NCBI GenBank assembly: GCA_964423315.1
Contig: CAYREO010000005.1
Span: forward strand, 31,834 to 95,833
Origin: an uncultured Eubacteriales bacterium
Lineage (GTDB): Bacteria; Acidobacteriota; Aminicenantia; Aminicenantales; Saccharicenantaceae
DNA: 64,000 nt
Direction of reading: 5' to 3'
The number at the start of each line of letters is the position of its first letter. Within the stretch, counting starts at the first letter, position 1. Below the pieces are notes generated by a model. That model worked only from the letters and a program-made list of their open reading frames with translations, was not told where the DNA came from and searched no databases. Of the stretch, positions 1 through 8,266 are shown piece by piece. The position numbers and the translations under genes are program-made.

Positions 1-1818
1 CATGTCCGGGCCGTGACCTTTCTCATCGGCGACGGCGTCACGCCCGCCAACGAGGGGCGCGGCTACGTCCTCCGCCGTCTCATCCGGCGGGCCCACCGGC
101 GGGGGAACCTCCTCGGCATCGACAGGCCCTTTCTCTTCGAGCTCACGGGCCGGGTCGCCGACGTCATGAAGGACGCCTATCCGGAGATCGTGGCTTCCAT
201 CCCCTACGTCTCGCGGGTCTGCCTGTCCGAGGAGGAGCGGTTCGCGTTCACCATGGCTTCCGGCCTGAAATTCTTTGACCAGGTCGTCCGTGAGACCCGC
301 GAGGCGGGCGGCCGGGTCTTGCCCGGCGACAAGGTGTTCCGGCTCTACGACACGTTCGGCTTCCCGATCGACCTGTCTCAGGAGCTGGCCCTCGAGAGGG
401 ACATGGGGATCGACGAGCCGGGCTTCGAGCGGGAGCTCGAGGAGCAGCGGCGGAAGGCGCGCCTCTCCTGGAAGGGCGACGAACGCCGGAAGGGGAGAGC
501 GGGCGCCGAGGAACTGGGCGGCCTGACGGTCCGCTCGCGGGTCCACGAGACCGGGAAGCTCACCGATGTCGGGGTGACCGCCGTCCTGAGAGATGGCCGC
601 TCCGCCACGGCCCTCCGGGAAGGCGAGAGGGGAGAGGTCGTCCTCGAGGAGACGCCGTTCTACGCGGAGGCCGGAGGTCAGGTGGGTGACACGGGCGTTC
701 TCAAGGGCGCCCGGTTCTCCGCGCTCGTCGAGGACACCGTTCTTCTGGCCCCCGAGATCGTCGGCCACAGGATCAAGGTCCTGTCCGGTGAGGTCGCGCC
801 CGGCGACCGGGTCGACGCCGCCGTCGACCTGGCCCGCCGACAGGCCATCTCCAAGAACCACACGGCGACCCATCTCCTCCATGCCGCCCTGCGTCAGGTC
901 CTCGGCGACCACGTCAAACAGGCCGGCTCCCTCGTCTCGGCCGCCCGCCTGAGGTTCGATTTCACCCACTTCGCGCCGCTGTCGTCCGAGGAGATCCGGA
1001 AGGTCGAGGACATCGTCAACGAGAGGATCAGGGCCGACATCCCTCTCGAGACCAGGGTCACAACGCTCGAGGAAGGATTGCGGGCCGGGGCCATGGCCAT
1101 CTTCGAGGAGAAATACGGAGAATCGGTGAGGGTCGTCGGCGTCGGTGATTTCAGCCGCGAGCTCTGCGGCGGGGTCCATGTCCGGGCGACGGGCGAGATC
1201 GGAGTGTTCAAGGTCCTCTCGGAATCGGGCATCGCCGCCGGCATGCGGCGCATCGAGGCCGTCACCGGCGAAGGCGCCCTGCGGCACATTCAGGAGACCG
1301 AGGACCTGCTGGCCGCTGTGGAGAAGGGCCTGTCCGCGACCCGCCGGGAGGTCCTCGGCAAGATCGACAAGCTCAAGGATTCCGTCGAGAGGCTGGAGCG
1401 GGAGAACCGGGCCTTGCGCAAGAAGCTCGTCGCCGGGACCGTCGAAGCTAAGAGCCACGTGACGGGGGCCGCAACCGTCGAAAAGACGGTCAAGGGCATC
1501 CGCCTCCTCGTCCGCCGCGTCGAGGGCCTGCCCGTCAACGAGCTGCGGGACCTGGCCGACTCCCTGAAGCAGAAACTGGGCAGCGGCGTCGTCGTCCTCG
1601 GCGAGGCCCACGAAGGCAAGGCGTTCGTCGTCGTCTCCGTGACCAAGGACCTGACCGGCCGGGTCCAGGCCGGTTCGCTCATCAAGGAGATCGCGCCGCT
1701 CATCGGCGGCGGCGGAGGGGGCCGGCCGGACTTCGCCCAATCGGGCGGGCCGAGGACCGGAGAGCTCGACAAGGTCCTCGAGCTCGTCCCCGGACTCATC
1801 GAGCGCCAGGCCGCCTGA
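1..1818 (+). CDS. alaS: Alanine--tRNA ligase, C-terminal portion (5-prime partial; the gene begins upstream of the window)
   Basis: ORF 13..1818 is open back to nt 1 in the same frame. The translation shows the AlaRS editing and C-terminal regions (HTATHLLHAALRQVLG, GGVHV zinc/editing motifs, C-terminal GGGGG..PDFAQ DHHA-like tail). Stop is TGA. Confidence 0.9.
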   Translation, partial: HVRAVTFLIGDGVTPANEGRGYVLRRLIRRAHRRGNLLGIDRPFLFELTGRVADVMKDAYPEIVASIPYVSRVCLSEEERFAFTMASGLKFFDQVVRETREAGGRVLPGDKVFRLYDTFGFPIDLSQELALERDMGIDEPGFERELEEQRRKARLSWKGDERRKGRAGAEELGGLTVRSRVHETGKLTDVGVTAVLRDGRSATALREGERGEVVLEETPFYAEAGGQVGDTGVLKGARFSALVEDTVLLAPEIVGHRIKVLSGEVAPGDRVDAAVDLARRQAISKNHTATHLLHAALRQVLGDHVKQAGSLVSAARLRFDFTHFAPLSSEEIRKVEDIVNERIRADIPLETRVTTLEEGLRAGAMAIFEEKYGESVRVVGVGDFSRELCGGVHVRATGEIGVFKVLSESGIAAGMRRIEAVTGEGALRHIQETEDLLAAVEKGLSATRREVLGKIDKLKDSVERLERENRALRKKLVAGTVEAKSHVTGAATVEKTVKGIRLLVRRVEGLPVNELRDLADSLKQKLGSGVVVLGEAHEGKAFVVVSVTKDLTGRVQAGSLIKEIAPLIGGGGGGRPDFAQSGGPRTGELDKVLELVPGLIERQAA

Positions 1819-1888
1819 CCCCCCCGGAATCACCCCGGGCGGGGATTGCCAAGCTTGCCGTTTTTTGCCATCATAAGCGGGAACCGCC

Positions 1889-2452
1889 ATGTCCCACGCG
1901 AAGCGCGCCGCCGTCCTCCTCGTCCTCCTCTGTGCGGCCGTCCGGCTGTCCTTGGCCTCCGCGGCCGACCGCAAGGCTCTCTACGACCCGCTCGTCCGGG
2001 CGCTGGCCGAGAAGCACCGGGTCGACCCGGAGCTCGTCCACGTCATCATCCGGGCCGAGTCGAACTACGATACCCTGGCCGTTTCCGTCAAAGGGGCCAT
2101 GGGGATCATGCAGCTGATGGCCGCGACGGCCAACCAGTACGGGGTGAAGAACGTCTTCGACGCGGCCCAGAACATCGAGGGGGGGATCAAGTACCTCAAG
2201 GACCTCATCAAGCTCTACGACGGGGAGACCCGGCTCGTTCTGGCCGCCTACAACGCCGGACAGGAAGCGATCCGCAAATACAACGGCATCCCGCCGTATC
2301 CGGAAACGAGGAACTACATCAGCTCGATCATGAAAACCTATGGGAAGCCGACCGTCCGGACGACGAACAAGATCTACAAGCTCGTGGACGAATCGGGCCG
2401 CATCGTCCTGACGACCGACCCGGACCTGCTCAAGAGGAAGAAGAGCGACTGA
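1889..2452 (+). CDS. Lytic transglycosylase domain protein (Slt/MltE family) with signal peptide
   Basis: N-terminal hydrophobic signal. Catalytic-domain motifs ESNYD...AMGIMQLM...AYNAG are typical of family-1 lytic transglycosylases. Confidence 0.8.
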   Translation: MSHAKRAAVLLVLLCAAVRLSLASAADRKALYDPLVRALAEKHRVDPELVHVIIRAESNYDTLAVSVKGAMGIMQLMAATANQYGVKNVFDAAQNIEGGIKYLKDLIKLYDGETRLVLAAYNAGQEAIRKYNGIPPYPETRNYISSIMKTYGKPTVRTTNKIYKLVDESGRIVLTTDPDLLKRKKSD

Positions 2453-2482
2453 CCGGGGGCCCGGCTTTCCGGACCGGGAGAG

Positions 2483-3427
2483 TCATCCGGCCGGTTGGAG
2501 GAATCCCTTGATCGGCATGTTCCGGGGGATGATCTCGAAGGTCGCCGGCAGGCGGCCGAGCTGTTCGCCGTCGAGCTCGAGGAGGACCTCGTCGCCGGCC
2601 TCGGGCCAGGCCTCGACCCTCTCGCCCCGGACAAGGCCGACCTTGGGGTGCGAGAGATGGCTGCCGTTGACGAGCTTCCAGCCGTGCAGGCAGAACTCGA
2701 GGAACCGGAAGCCGCGGACGAGAACGGCGTCGAACAGGCCGTCGTCGAGCCGGGCCTCGGGTGCGACCTTCATGCCCTTGCCGAAGATCCGGCCGTTGGC
2801 CACGGCCCCGATGAGGTACTCTCCCTCCGGGAGATCGCGTCCGTCGACCCGGATCCGGACCCGCTTGTTCCGGTAGCGGGCCATGGTCTCGATGAGGCAT
2901 CGGACATAGGAAGAGGCCTTTCTCTCGAGGCGGCGCTCATTGACCTTCCGGACGACCTCGCCGCCGAGCCCGAAATCGGCCACGTTCAGGAAGTACCGCT
3001 CTTCGTCCGTCCCTCGGTGGTCCTTGAACCGGACCTTGCCGACGTCCATCCGGACCGACGGGGCGTCGGCGAGGACCTTGAGGGCGCTCTTCAGACCGGC
3101 CGGGATGCCCAGGCTGCGGGTCAGATCGCAGCCCGTCCCCGAGGGAACGATGCCCAGCGTCGCGTCGGGATTGATGATCCGGCGGTCCTCGAAAAAGCCG
3201 TTGGCGATCTCGTTCATCGTCCCGTCGCCGCCGACGCCGATGACGAGATCGCTGCCGTCCTTGATGGCCTGACGGGTGAGATCCGTCGCGTGGAAGGGCT
3301 TCTCGGTGAACTCGTACTTGAACTCCCGGACGAAGCTCTTGAGGCCCTCCCGGATCTCGGCCCAGCGCTTGCGGGTCCGCCCCTTGTTCGATTCGGGATT
3401 GACGATGACCTGGGTCCTAAACCGCAT
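2483..3427 (-). CDS. Diacylglycerol kinase catalytic-domain lipid kinase (YegS/BmrU family)
   Basis: The ORF is open to 3670, but homology begins at MRFRTQVIVNPESNKG (ATG at 3427). GGDGT motif (GVGGDGTMNEIANG) of the DAGK_cat fold. Stop TGA. Confidence 0.75.
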   Translation of the reverse strand: MRFRTQVIVNPESNKGRTRKRWAEIREGLKSFVREFKYEFTEKPFHATDLTRQAIKDGSDLVIGVGGDGTMNEIANGFFEDRRIINPDATLGIVPSGTGCDLTRSLGIPAGLKSALKVLADAPSVRMDVGKVRFKDHRGTDEERYFLNVADFGLGGEVVRKVNERRLERKASSYVRCLIETMARYRNKRVRIRVDGRDLPEGEYLIGAVANGRIFGKGMKVAPEARLDDGLFDAVLVRGFRFLEFCLHGWKLVNGSHLSHPKVGLVRGERVEAWPEAGDEVLLELDGEQLGRLPATFEIIPRNMPIKGFLQPAG

Positions 3428-3926
3428 GGGGGGTCCCCGCGTCGGAAGGGGATGACGGAGGCGGGACGCGCTTGCGTCCGAAGAGCGAGACGCCGATGAC
3501 GCCGCCCAGGACGCCCAGGCCGGCGAAAACGACGGCCGAGACGAACAGGCCGAGAAGGATGAACCCGGGCGAGCTCGAGGATCCCCCGCTGAGCCAGGTC
3601 CCCAAGCCGGCCGGCATCTCGTCGATGGTGCCGGAGAGCATTTCCCGCAGCCGGCGGAGCTGCTCCTCACTGAAGGACCGGAAAGGGACTTCGGCGACGG
3701 TCGCGGCGACGGCGGCCACGATCCCTGTCAGAGCGCCGACGATGGCCCCGTCGCCGGCCGTCAGGGCGGTCGTTGTCCGGTCGGCCAGCATACGAGAGGC
3801 CAAGGCCGCTCCGCCGATGATCCACAGGCAGCAGAGGCAGTTGACGAAAGGGATCCCCGATAAGACTCCGGAAACACCGCCGGCGATGAGGGCCGGCATG
3901 AGATATTCGGGTTTTTGCTGCTCCAT
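3417..3926 (-). CDS. Hypothetical polytopic membrane protein
   Basis: 169-aa ORF with 3-4 hydrophobic helices and the same coding GC as its neighbours. Overlaps the downstream kinase start by 11 nt. TAG stop. Confidence 0.5.
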   Translation of the reverse strand: MEQQKPEYLMPALIAGGVSGVLSGIPFVNCLCCLWIIGGAALASRMLADRTTTALTAGDGAIVGALTGIVAAVAATVAEVPFRSFSEEQLRRLREMLSGTIDEMPAGLGTWLSGGSSSSPGFILLGLFVSAVVFAGLGVLGGVIGVSLFGRKRVPPPSSPSDAGTPHAV

Positions 3927-3946
3927 CGCGCCTCCTCGGGCGGGCC

Positions 3947-4519
3947 CTATTCTACGCCTTTTTCCGGAGGATGTGCAACCTGGCGTTTCGCCGGCGTTCG
4001 CGCCGGAGGCGCGGGCCCCTCCCGGCCGCTCCGCCGGGCCCTTCTTTCGATGATCAGCCCGGCGACGCCGGTGACGAAATAGAGCGGCAGGATCGTTCCC
4101 CAGAGGATTCCCGTCGCCAGGCGCACCCCGATCGGGCTCGCCCAGATCCCGAGGATGCCGGCCAGGCCGTCCACGCCGATGGGAGCGGAGAATCCCAGGA
4201 AGGTCATGGCCCGCGGGAGCTCGAGTTTCGAGAACCCGCGGATGAACGGATAGGCGAGAAGGCCGCCGAGGAAACCGAGATACACTCCCAGGCAGCGGCC
4301 GCAGACGGCCAGCGGGTATCCCTCAAGAGAGAAGCACCTGCCGGGGATCTGGTGGCAGGTCGGAGAAAAGACCGCGTAGAGGAAGCCTGCGGTCCGAACG
4401 GAACCCCGGCTCTGGAGGACGGGCGCCAAAAATATCGCCAGGAGCCAGAGCCCCGTGCCGAGCAGGGAGAGGGAGAGGACCAGGCGTGTCGCTCGCGATG
4501 CTTCGCCGGCCATCTTCAT
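3947..4519 (-). CDS. DUF2085-family membrane protein
   Basis: Four TM segments with a CHQ...CGRC cysteine pattern characteristic of DUF2085. TAG stop. Confidence 0.55.
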   Translation of the reverse strand: MKMAGEASRATRLVLSLSLLGTGLWLLAIFLAPVLQSRGSVRTAGFLYAVFSPTCHQIPGRCFSLEGYPLAVCGRCLGVYLGFLGGLLAYPFIRGFSKLELPRAMTFLGFSAPIGVDGLAGILGIWASPIGVRLATGILWGTILPLYFVTGVAGLIIERRARRSGREGPAPPARTPAKRQVAHPPEKGVE

Positions 4520-4636
4520 CTTCCGTCGGACGGTATTCTAGCTGTTTCCCTCCTTTCTGTCACCGGCCAGGCCTGTCTTGGAGCCCCATGGCCCGATCGA
4601 GGCTCCTCACGGCGATTTTTGGCCCGGGGAGAAGCA

Positions 4637-4665
4637 TTGACAGCGAGGGCCGGCTTGGATACATT
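4637..4665 (+). promoter_or_regulatory. Candidate sigma70-type promoter for the trypsin-TPR gene
   Basis: TTGACA (4637-4642), 17-nt spacer, TACATT (4660-4665), about 45 nt upstream of the ATG. RBS AAGGAGG at 4697-4703. Confidence 0.4.
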
Positions 4666-4709
4666 ATCCCTACCAGGCTTCGCCAATCCCGATAACAAGG
4701 AGGGCGCCA

Positions 4710-6541
4710 TGACCATGCGGCTTCGGGGAAGGATCACTGTCCCCGCCATGATCATGCTGGCCGCCGCTTTGACCGCGGCCCAGACCGATGATGCGAATAA
4801 GGTCCTCACTCAATCGGCTCCCGGGGTTTTGACCCTCGTCCTGTATGGGGCTGACAAGGCCGAGATCGGAAAAGGCTCGGCCCTGGCCCTGGCCGAGGAC
4901 GTTGTGGCCACTTCCTATCATGTGGTCGCCCGGGCGTCCGACATCGAGGGCGTGAACAGCAAGGGAAGGAAGATCAAGGTCGAGGGGGTCCTCGGCGTCG
5001 ATAAGGCCCGCGGGGTCGCGCTGCTCAAGATCAAAGGCAAGCTCCAGCCCCTGCCTATCGGGAATCCCGAAGGACTGAAAGAAGGAGCCCTCCTCTTCGC
5101 TGTGGGATCCAACGAGGGCGGACAGTTCTTCGTCTCCGACAGCAGCCTCCGGAAGATGGCCGCGGTCGGTCCCCAGGACAAGGTCATGGAGATGTCCCTG
5201 AACGTCCCCGAGACGTTCAGCGGCGGCCCGCTGTTCGACGCCTCCGGCCTGCTTGTGGGCATGACCCTGTTCCTCGAGCGCGGGATCAAGATCGGGATCC
5301 CCCTGCCCACCCTTTTGGCCGTTCCACGCGCCGGCAAACCCGAGGAATTCAAGTCGCGGACCCCGGAGGACTATTTCGGGACCTTCGAGGGGGCTGCGTT
5401 CGCCGGGCTCGTCGCCGTCGCCCTCGGAGAGGACATGGCGGCCAGGGTCCATCTGGAGAAGGCGGTCTCTTTGAATCCGTCCTTCATCGACGGCCATTTC
5501 CTGCTGGCCGACGTCTATGCCAGACAGCGGGACTTCTCCTCGGCGGTCGGCTCTTACCGGAAAGTCGCCGATCTCGACCCCTCGCGGGCCGATGTTTTCC
5601 ACCATCTCGGGTCCGTGCTGATACGAATGGCCAACTACAAGGAAGCCGTCCCGGCCCTCGAGAAAGCCGTCGCCCTGAAGATCGACAACAAGGAGATCCA
5701 CTTCGAGCTGGGCACCGCCTATGAGGAGACCCAGGAATGGGGAAAAGCGGCGTCGGCCTATGAGAAATATCTCGGTCTCAATCCCGAGGTTGCCTGGAAC
5801 GCCCAGTTGCGGTTGGGGATCAGCCGCTCCAAGCTCGGCCAGCACGACGCCGCCATCGCCGCCTTTCTCGAGGCCCGCAAGGCCCAGCCCGAGAATCTGA
5901 AGGTCAACTTCACTCTGGCGGAGGCCTACGAGAAGGCCGGCCGCTTCGAGGAGGCGGAGGCCGTCTTCGATCACATGGCCTCGATCAATCCGGAAGAAGC
6001 GAAGACCTACTATTCCCAAGCCATCCGGATGTATGACACGGCGGGCCTGTACGACAAGGCCATCGGCCCGGCCAGGAAGATCGTCGACCTCGAACCCGCC
6101 AACCAGATGAATTGGTACAATCTCGGCCTGATGTTTTTCAAGCTCCAGAAGTACGACGAGGCCGTCGACGCGTTCAAGAAGTGCCTTGAGATCAATCCCG
6201 ACTACGCCTATGCCTGGTTCCAGATCGGCTCCTCCCATATCCAGAAAAAGGCCTACAAGGAATCCGCGGAGGCCTACAGGAAATTCGTCGAGCTGTCGCC
6301 CGATGAGCCCTCCGGCTGGCTGAGCCTGGGAGTCTCCTACATGCAGCTCAAGAATTTCGAGGCCGCGCTGGAGCCGATGAGAAGGGCCGTCGAGCTGCGG
6401 CCCGACAACGGCGTCGCCGTCTATAACCTGGCCATCGTCTATATCAACCTCAAGGACAACTACAGCGCCAAGGAGATGTACAACAAGCTCGTCGGTCTGG
6501 ACCCCGGGCTGGCGGAAAAGCTGAAGAAACACATCCGCTGA
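4710..6541 (+). CDS. Secreted trypsin-like serine peptidase domain fused to a long TPR-repeat array
   Basis: Start chosen at ATG 4710 (MTMRLRG, signal-like N-terminus, strong RBS); the ORF is spuriously open from 3971. The N-terminal ~230 aa resemble the trypsin-like peptidase fold (SYHVV...GGPLFDASG). The C-terminal ~380 aa are tandem TPRs (repeated A..Y.KA/LG..E.A motifs). Confidence 0.7.
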
Positions 6542-6697
6542 ACCCGACGGGCCGTCCGAAATTGACAGGTCCGGCCCGGAGGGCCTAAAATAGGGCTCCG
6601 GACCGGAAGGCCCCGTCAAGCCCCGCCGAGGGGCCCCGACTCTCCCGTTCCCTCCCTGGCTTCCCGGAGGGAGACGAGGCCTCCGAGTGATCAGGAA

Positions 6698-6782
6698 GGG
6701 CAGGTGGCGGAATCGGCAGACGCGCTAGGCTTAGGACCTAGTTCCTGATGAAGGAGTGCGGGTTCGAGTCCCGCTCTGCCCA
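6698..6782 (+). tRNA. tRNA-Leu (anticodon TAG), type II with long variable arm
   Basis: Folded by hand. Acceptor GGGCAGG/TCTGCCC; 3-bp D-stem with an 11-nt loop; anticodon stem CTAGG/CCTAG with loop CTTAGGA (U33, anticodon UAG, G37); variable arm TCCT-GATGA-AGGA; T-arm GCGGG-TTCGAGT-CCCGC; discriminator A. CCA not encoded. Confidence 0.85.
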
Positions 6783-6859
6783 TTCTCGTCGCAAGGCGGC
6801 CGCCGGAGGGTCGGCCCCTTGCCTCTTAACGGCATGATCCCGTAAAGAAAGCGAGCGTC

Positions 6860-8137
6860 ATGAACGAAGATCAAAGAAGACACACACGGCTCGTCGATGT
6901 CAGTCCCAGCCGCAAGGAGCTGGAGATCGAGATCCCGGCCGCCGAGGTCGGCCGGGAATATGATCGGGTATGGGGGGAATACACGAAACAGGCCAAGGTC
7001 CCCGGCTTCCGCAAGGGTCACGCGCCGCGCGAAATGGTCAAGGGCCTTTTCGACCAGGACATCAAGCATGATGTCTACGATGCCCTGATTCCCCGGGTCC
7101 TCGACGAAGAGCTCGAGCTCCTCGGGCTGAAGCCGGTGAACATCCCCTCAGTCCGTGACCTCACCCATGAGGAAGGCGGGCCCCTCCGTTGCAAGGCCGC
7201 CTTCGAGGTCCTCCCGGAGTTCGAGCTCCCCGATTACCGGGCCATCCAGGTCCCCCCCAAGACGGTCTCGGTGGAGGACGCCGATATCGACAAGGCCCTG
7301 GATGAGATCCGGGCCCGGGCCGCCGAATTCGTCCCGGTCGAGGGCCGCGGAGTGGAGGCCGGGGATTACGTCACGGTCGAGATGCAGGGCCGGGACATGA
7401 GAACAAGACGGCTGCTGCCGGTCGAAAAAGCCGTTGTTTTGGCCGGGCACGCCGACAATGAGCCCGCCCTCAATGAACGGCTGGCCGGCATGGTCCCCGG
7501 CGAGACCCGCTCGTTCCAGGTCTCCTACCCCAAGGACCACGTCAACCGGAGGGTCGCCGGCAAGGACATCGAATACAGCCTCAAAGCCGGGGACATCAAA
7601 GCCAGGAAGCTCCCTGAACTTGACGACGAGTTCGCGAGGTCCGTCGGTAACTCGACAGGCCTGGATGACCTCCGGGAGAAGGTCCGGCGGGAGCTCCTGG
7701 CCGCCCGGGAAAGGGCCGCCAGGACCGAGACGGCCTCGGAAGTCCTGGCCGAGATCGCCCGCCGGGTCCCGCTGGAGCTGCCGGCCTCGGTCGTCGAACA
7801 GGAATCGTTGTCCGTCCTCCGGCGGATGCTGAGCGCCGCGAGGGGCCGCCGCTTGACGCCGGAGGCCCTGGAGTCGCTGAAGGGGGAGGCCAGGCGTCAA
7901 GCCGTCGACCGTCTGACGAATCACCTGATCATCGAGAGGATCGCGGCCAAAGAGGGCTTCGGGGTCGCGGAGGACGAGATCCAGGCCGAGATCCGGGGCC
8001 TGGCGGAAGCCAATGGCGTGGCGCCGGCCGCTCTCGAGGAGATGCTCACCAGGGAGGGGAGGAGGGAGGAGATCGCCGAATCACTCCTGTTCCGGAAGAC
8101 TGTTGACTTTCTCATAAAAACGGCTATAATGAGTTAA
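6860..8137 (+). CDS. tig: Trigger factor
   Basis: 425 aa with the ribosome-binding N-domain (GFRKGHAPR signature), a PPIase-like middle domain and a C-terminal domain. TAA stop. Confidence 0.9.
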   Translation: MNEDQRRHTRLVDVSPSRKELEIEIPAAEVGREYDRVWGEYTKQAKVPGFRKGHAPREMVKGLFDQDIKHDVYDALIPRVLDEELELLGLKPVNIPSVRDLTHEEGGPLRCKAAFEVLPEFELPDYRAIQVPPKTVSVEDADIDKALDEIRARAAEFVPVEGRGVEAGDYVTVEMQGRDMRTRRLLPVEKAVVLAGHADNEPALNERLAGMVPGETRSFQVSYPKDHVNRRVAGKDIEYSLKAGDIKARKLPELDDEFARSVGNSTGLDDLREKVRRELLAARERAARTETASEVLAEIARRVPLELPASVVEQESLSVLRRMLSAARGRRLTPEALESLKGEARRQAVDRLTNHLIIERIAAKEGFGVAEDEIQAEIRGLAEANGVAPAALEEMLTREGRREEIAESLLFRKTVDFLIKTAIMS

Positions 8138-8266
8138 CCAAGGTTCCGATGCTCTGGTTCCCCTTGAGCAAGTCAAATCTTCGATAGAAAGCGGCCCCTG
8201 TTGTTCGTGTCCTGGGCCGCGCGCCTAACGACGAGCGGAGGCCCCCGCGGGCCCGGAGCGTAAGCC

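Noticed and set aside
3971-4709. 5-prime extensions of ORFs reported by the track (3971..6541, 2483..3670, 32244..33656, 33653..35950, 44970..46679, 26469..28742, 22171..24153, 52727..54364)
   Set aside because: Homology, signal peptides, RBS and promoter placement, and stop/start overlap with the upstream gene all point to internal start codons. The extended regions overlap neighbouring genes in other frames.
4670-6619. Long antisense ORFs of 400-900 aa overlapping real genes (for example 4670..6619-, 8225..10915-, 10716..12146-, 12421..13878-, 13885..14949-, 19306..21309-, 22603..24555-, 26409..28709+, 29218..30558-, 30573..31940-, 36576..37598+, 47642..48832-, 51580..53013-, 61728..63206-)
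   Set aside because: At about 68% GC, stop codons are rare on all frames. These translations are low-complexity (R/G/P/D-rich) with no recognisable domains, and each lies opposite a confidently identified gene.
6698-6782. Possible amber-suppressor tRNA near the TAG-interrupted lon
   Set aside because: Hand folding gives anticodon 5-prime-UAG-3-prime (reads CUA, Leu), not CUA. It is an ordinary type-II tRNA-Leu.
8138-8266. Heat-shock (sigma32) promoter upstream of lon
   Set aside because: CTTGA..13-15 nt..CCCCAT-like elements were looked for, and only a weak CTTGAGCAAG/TAGAAA arrangement is present. Not convincing.
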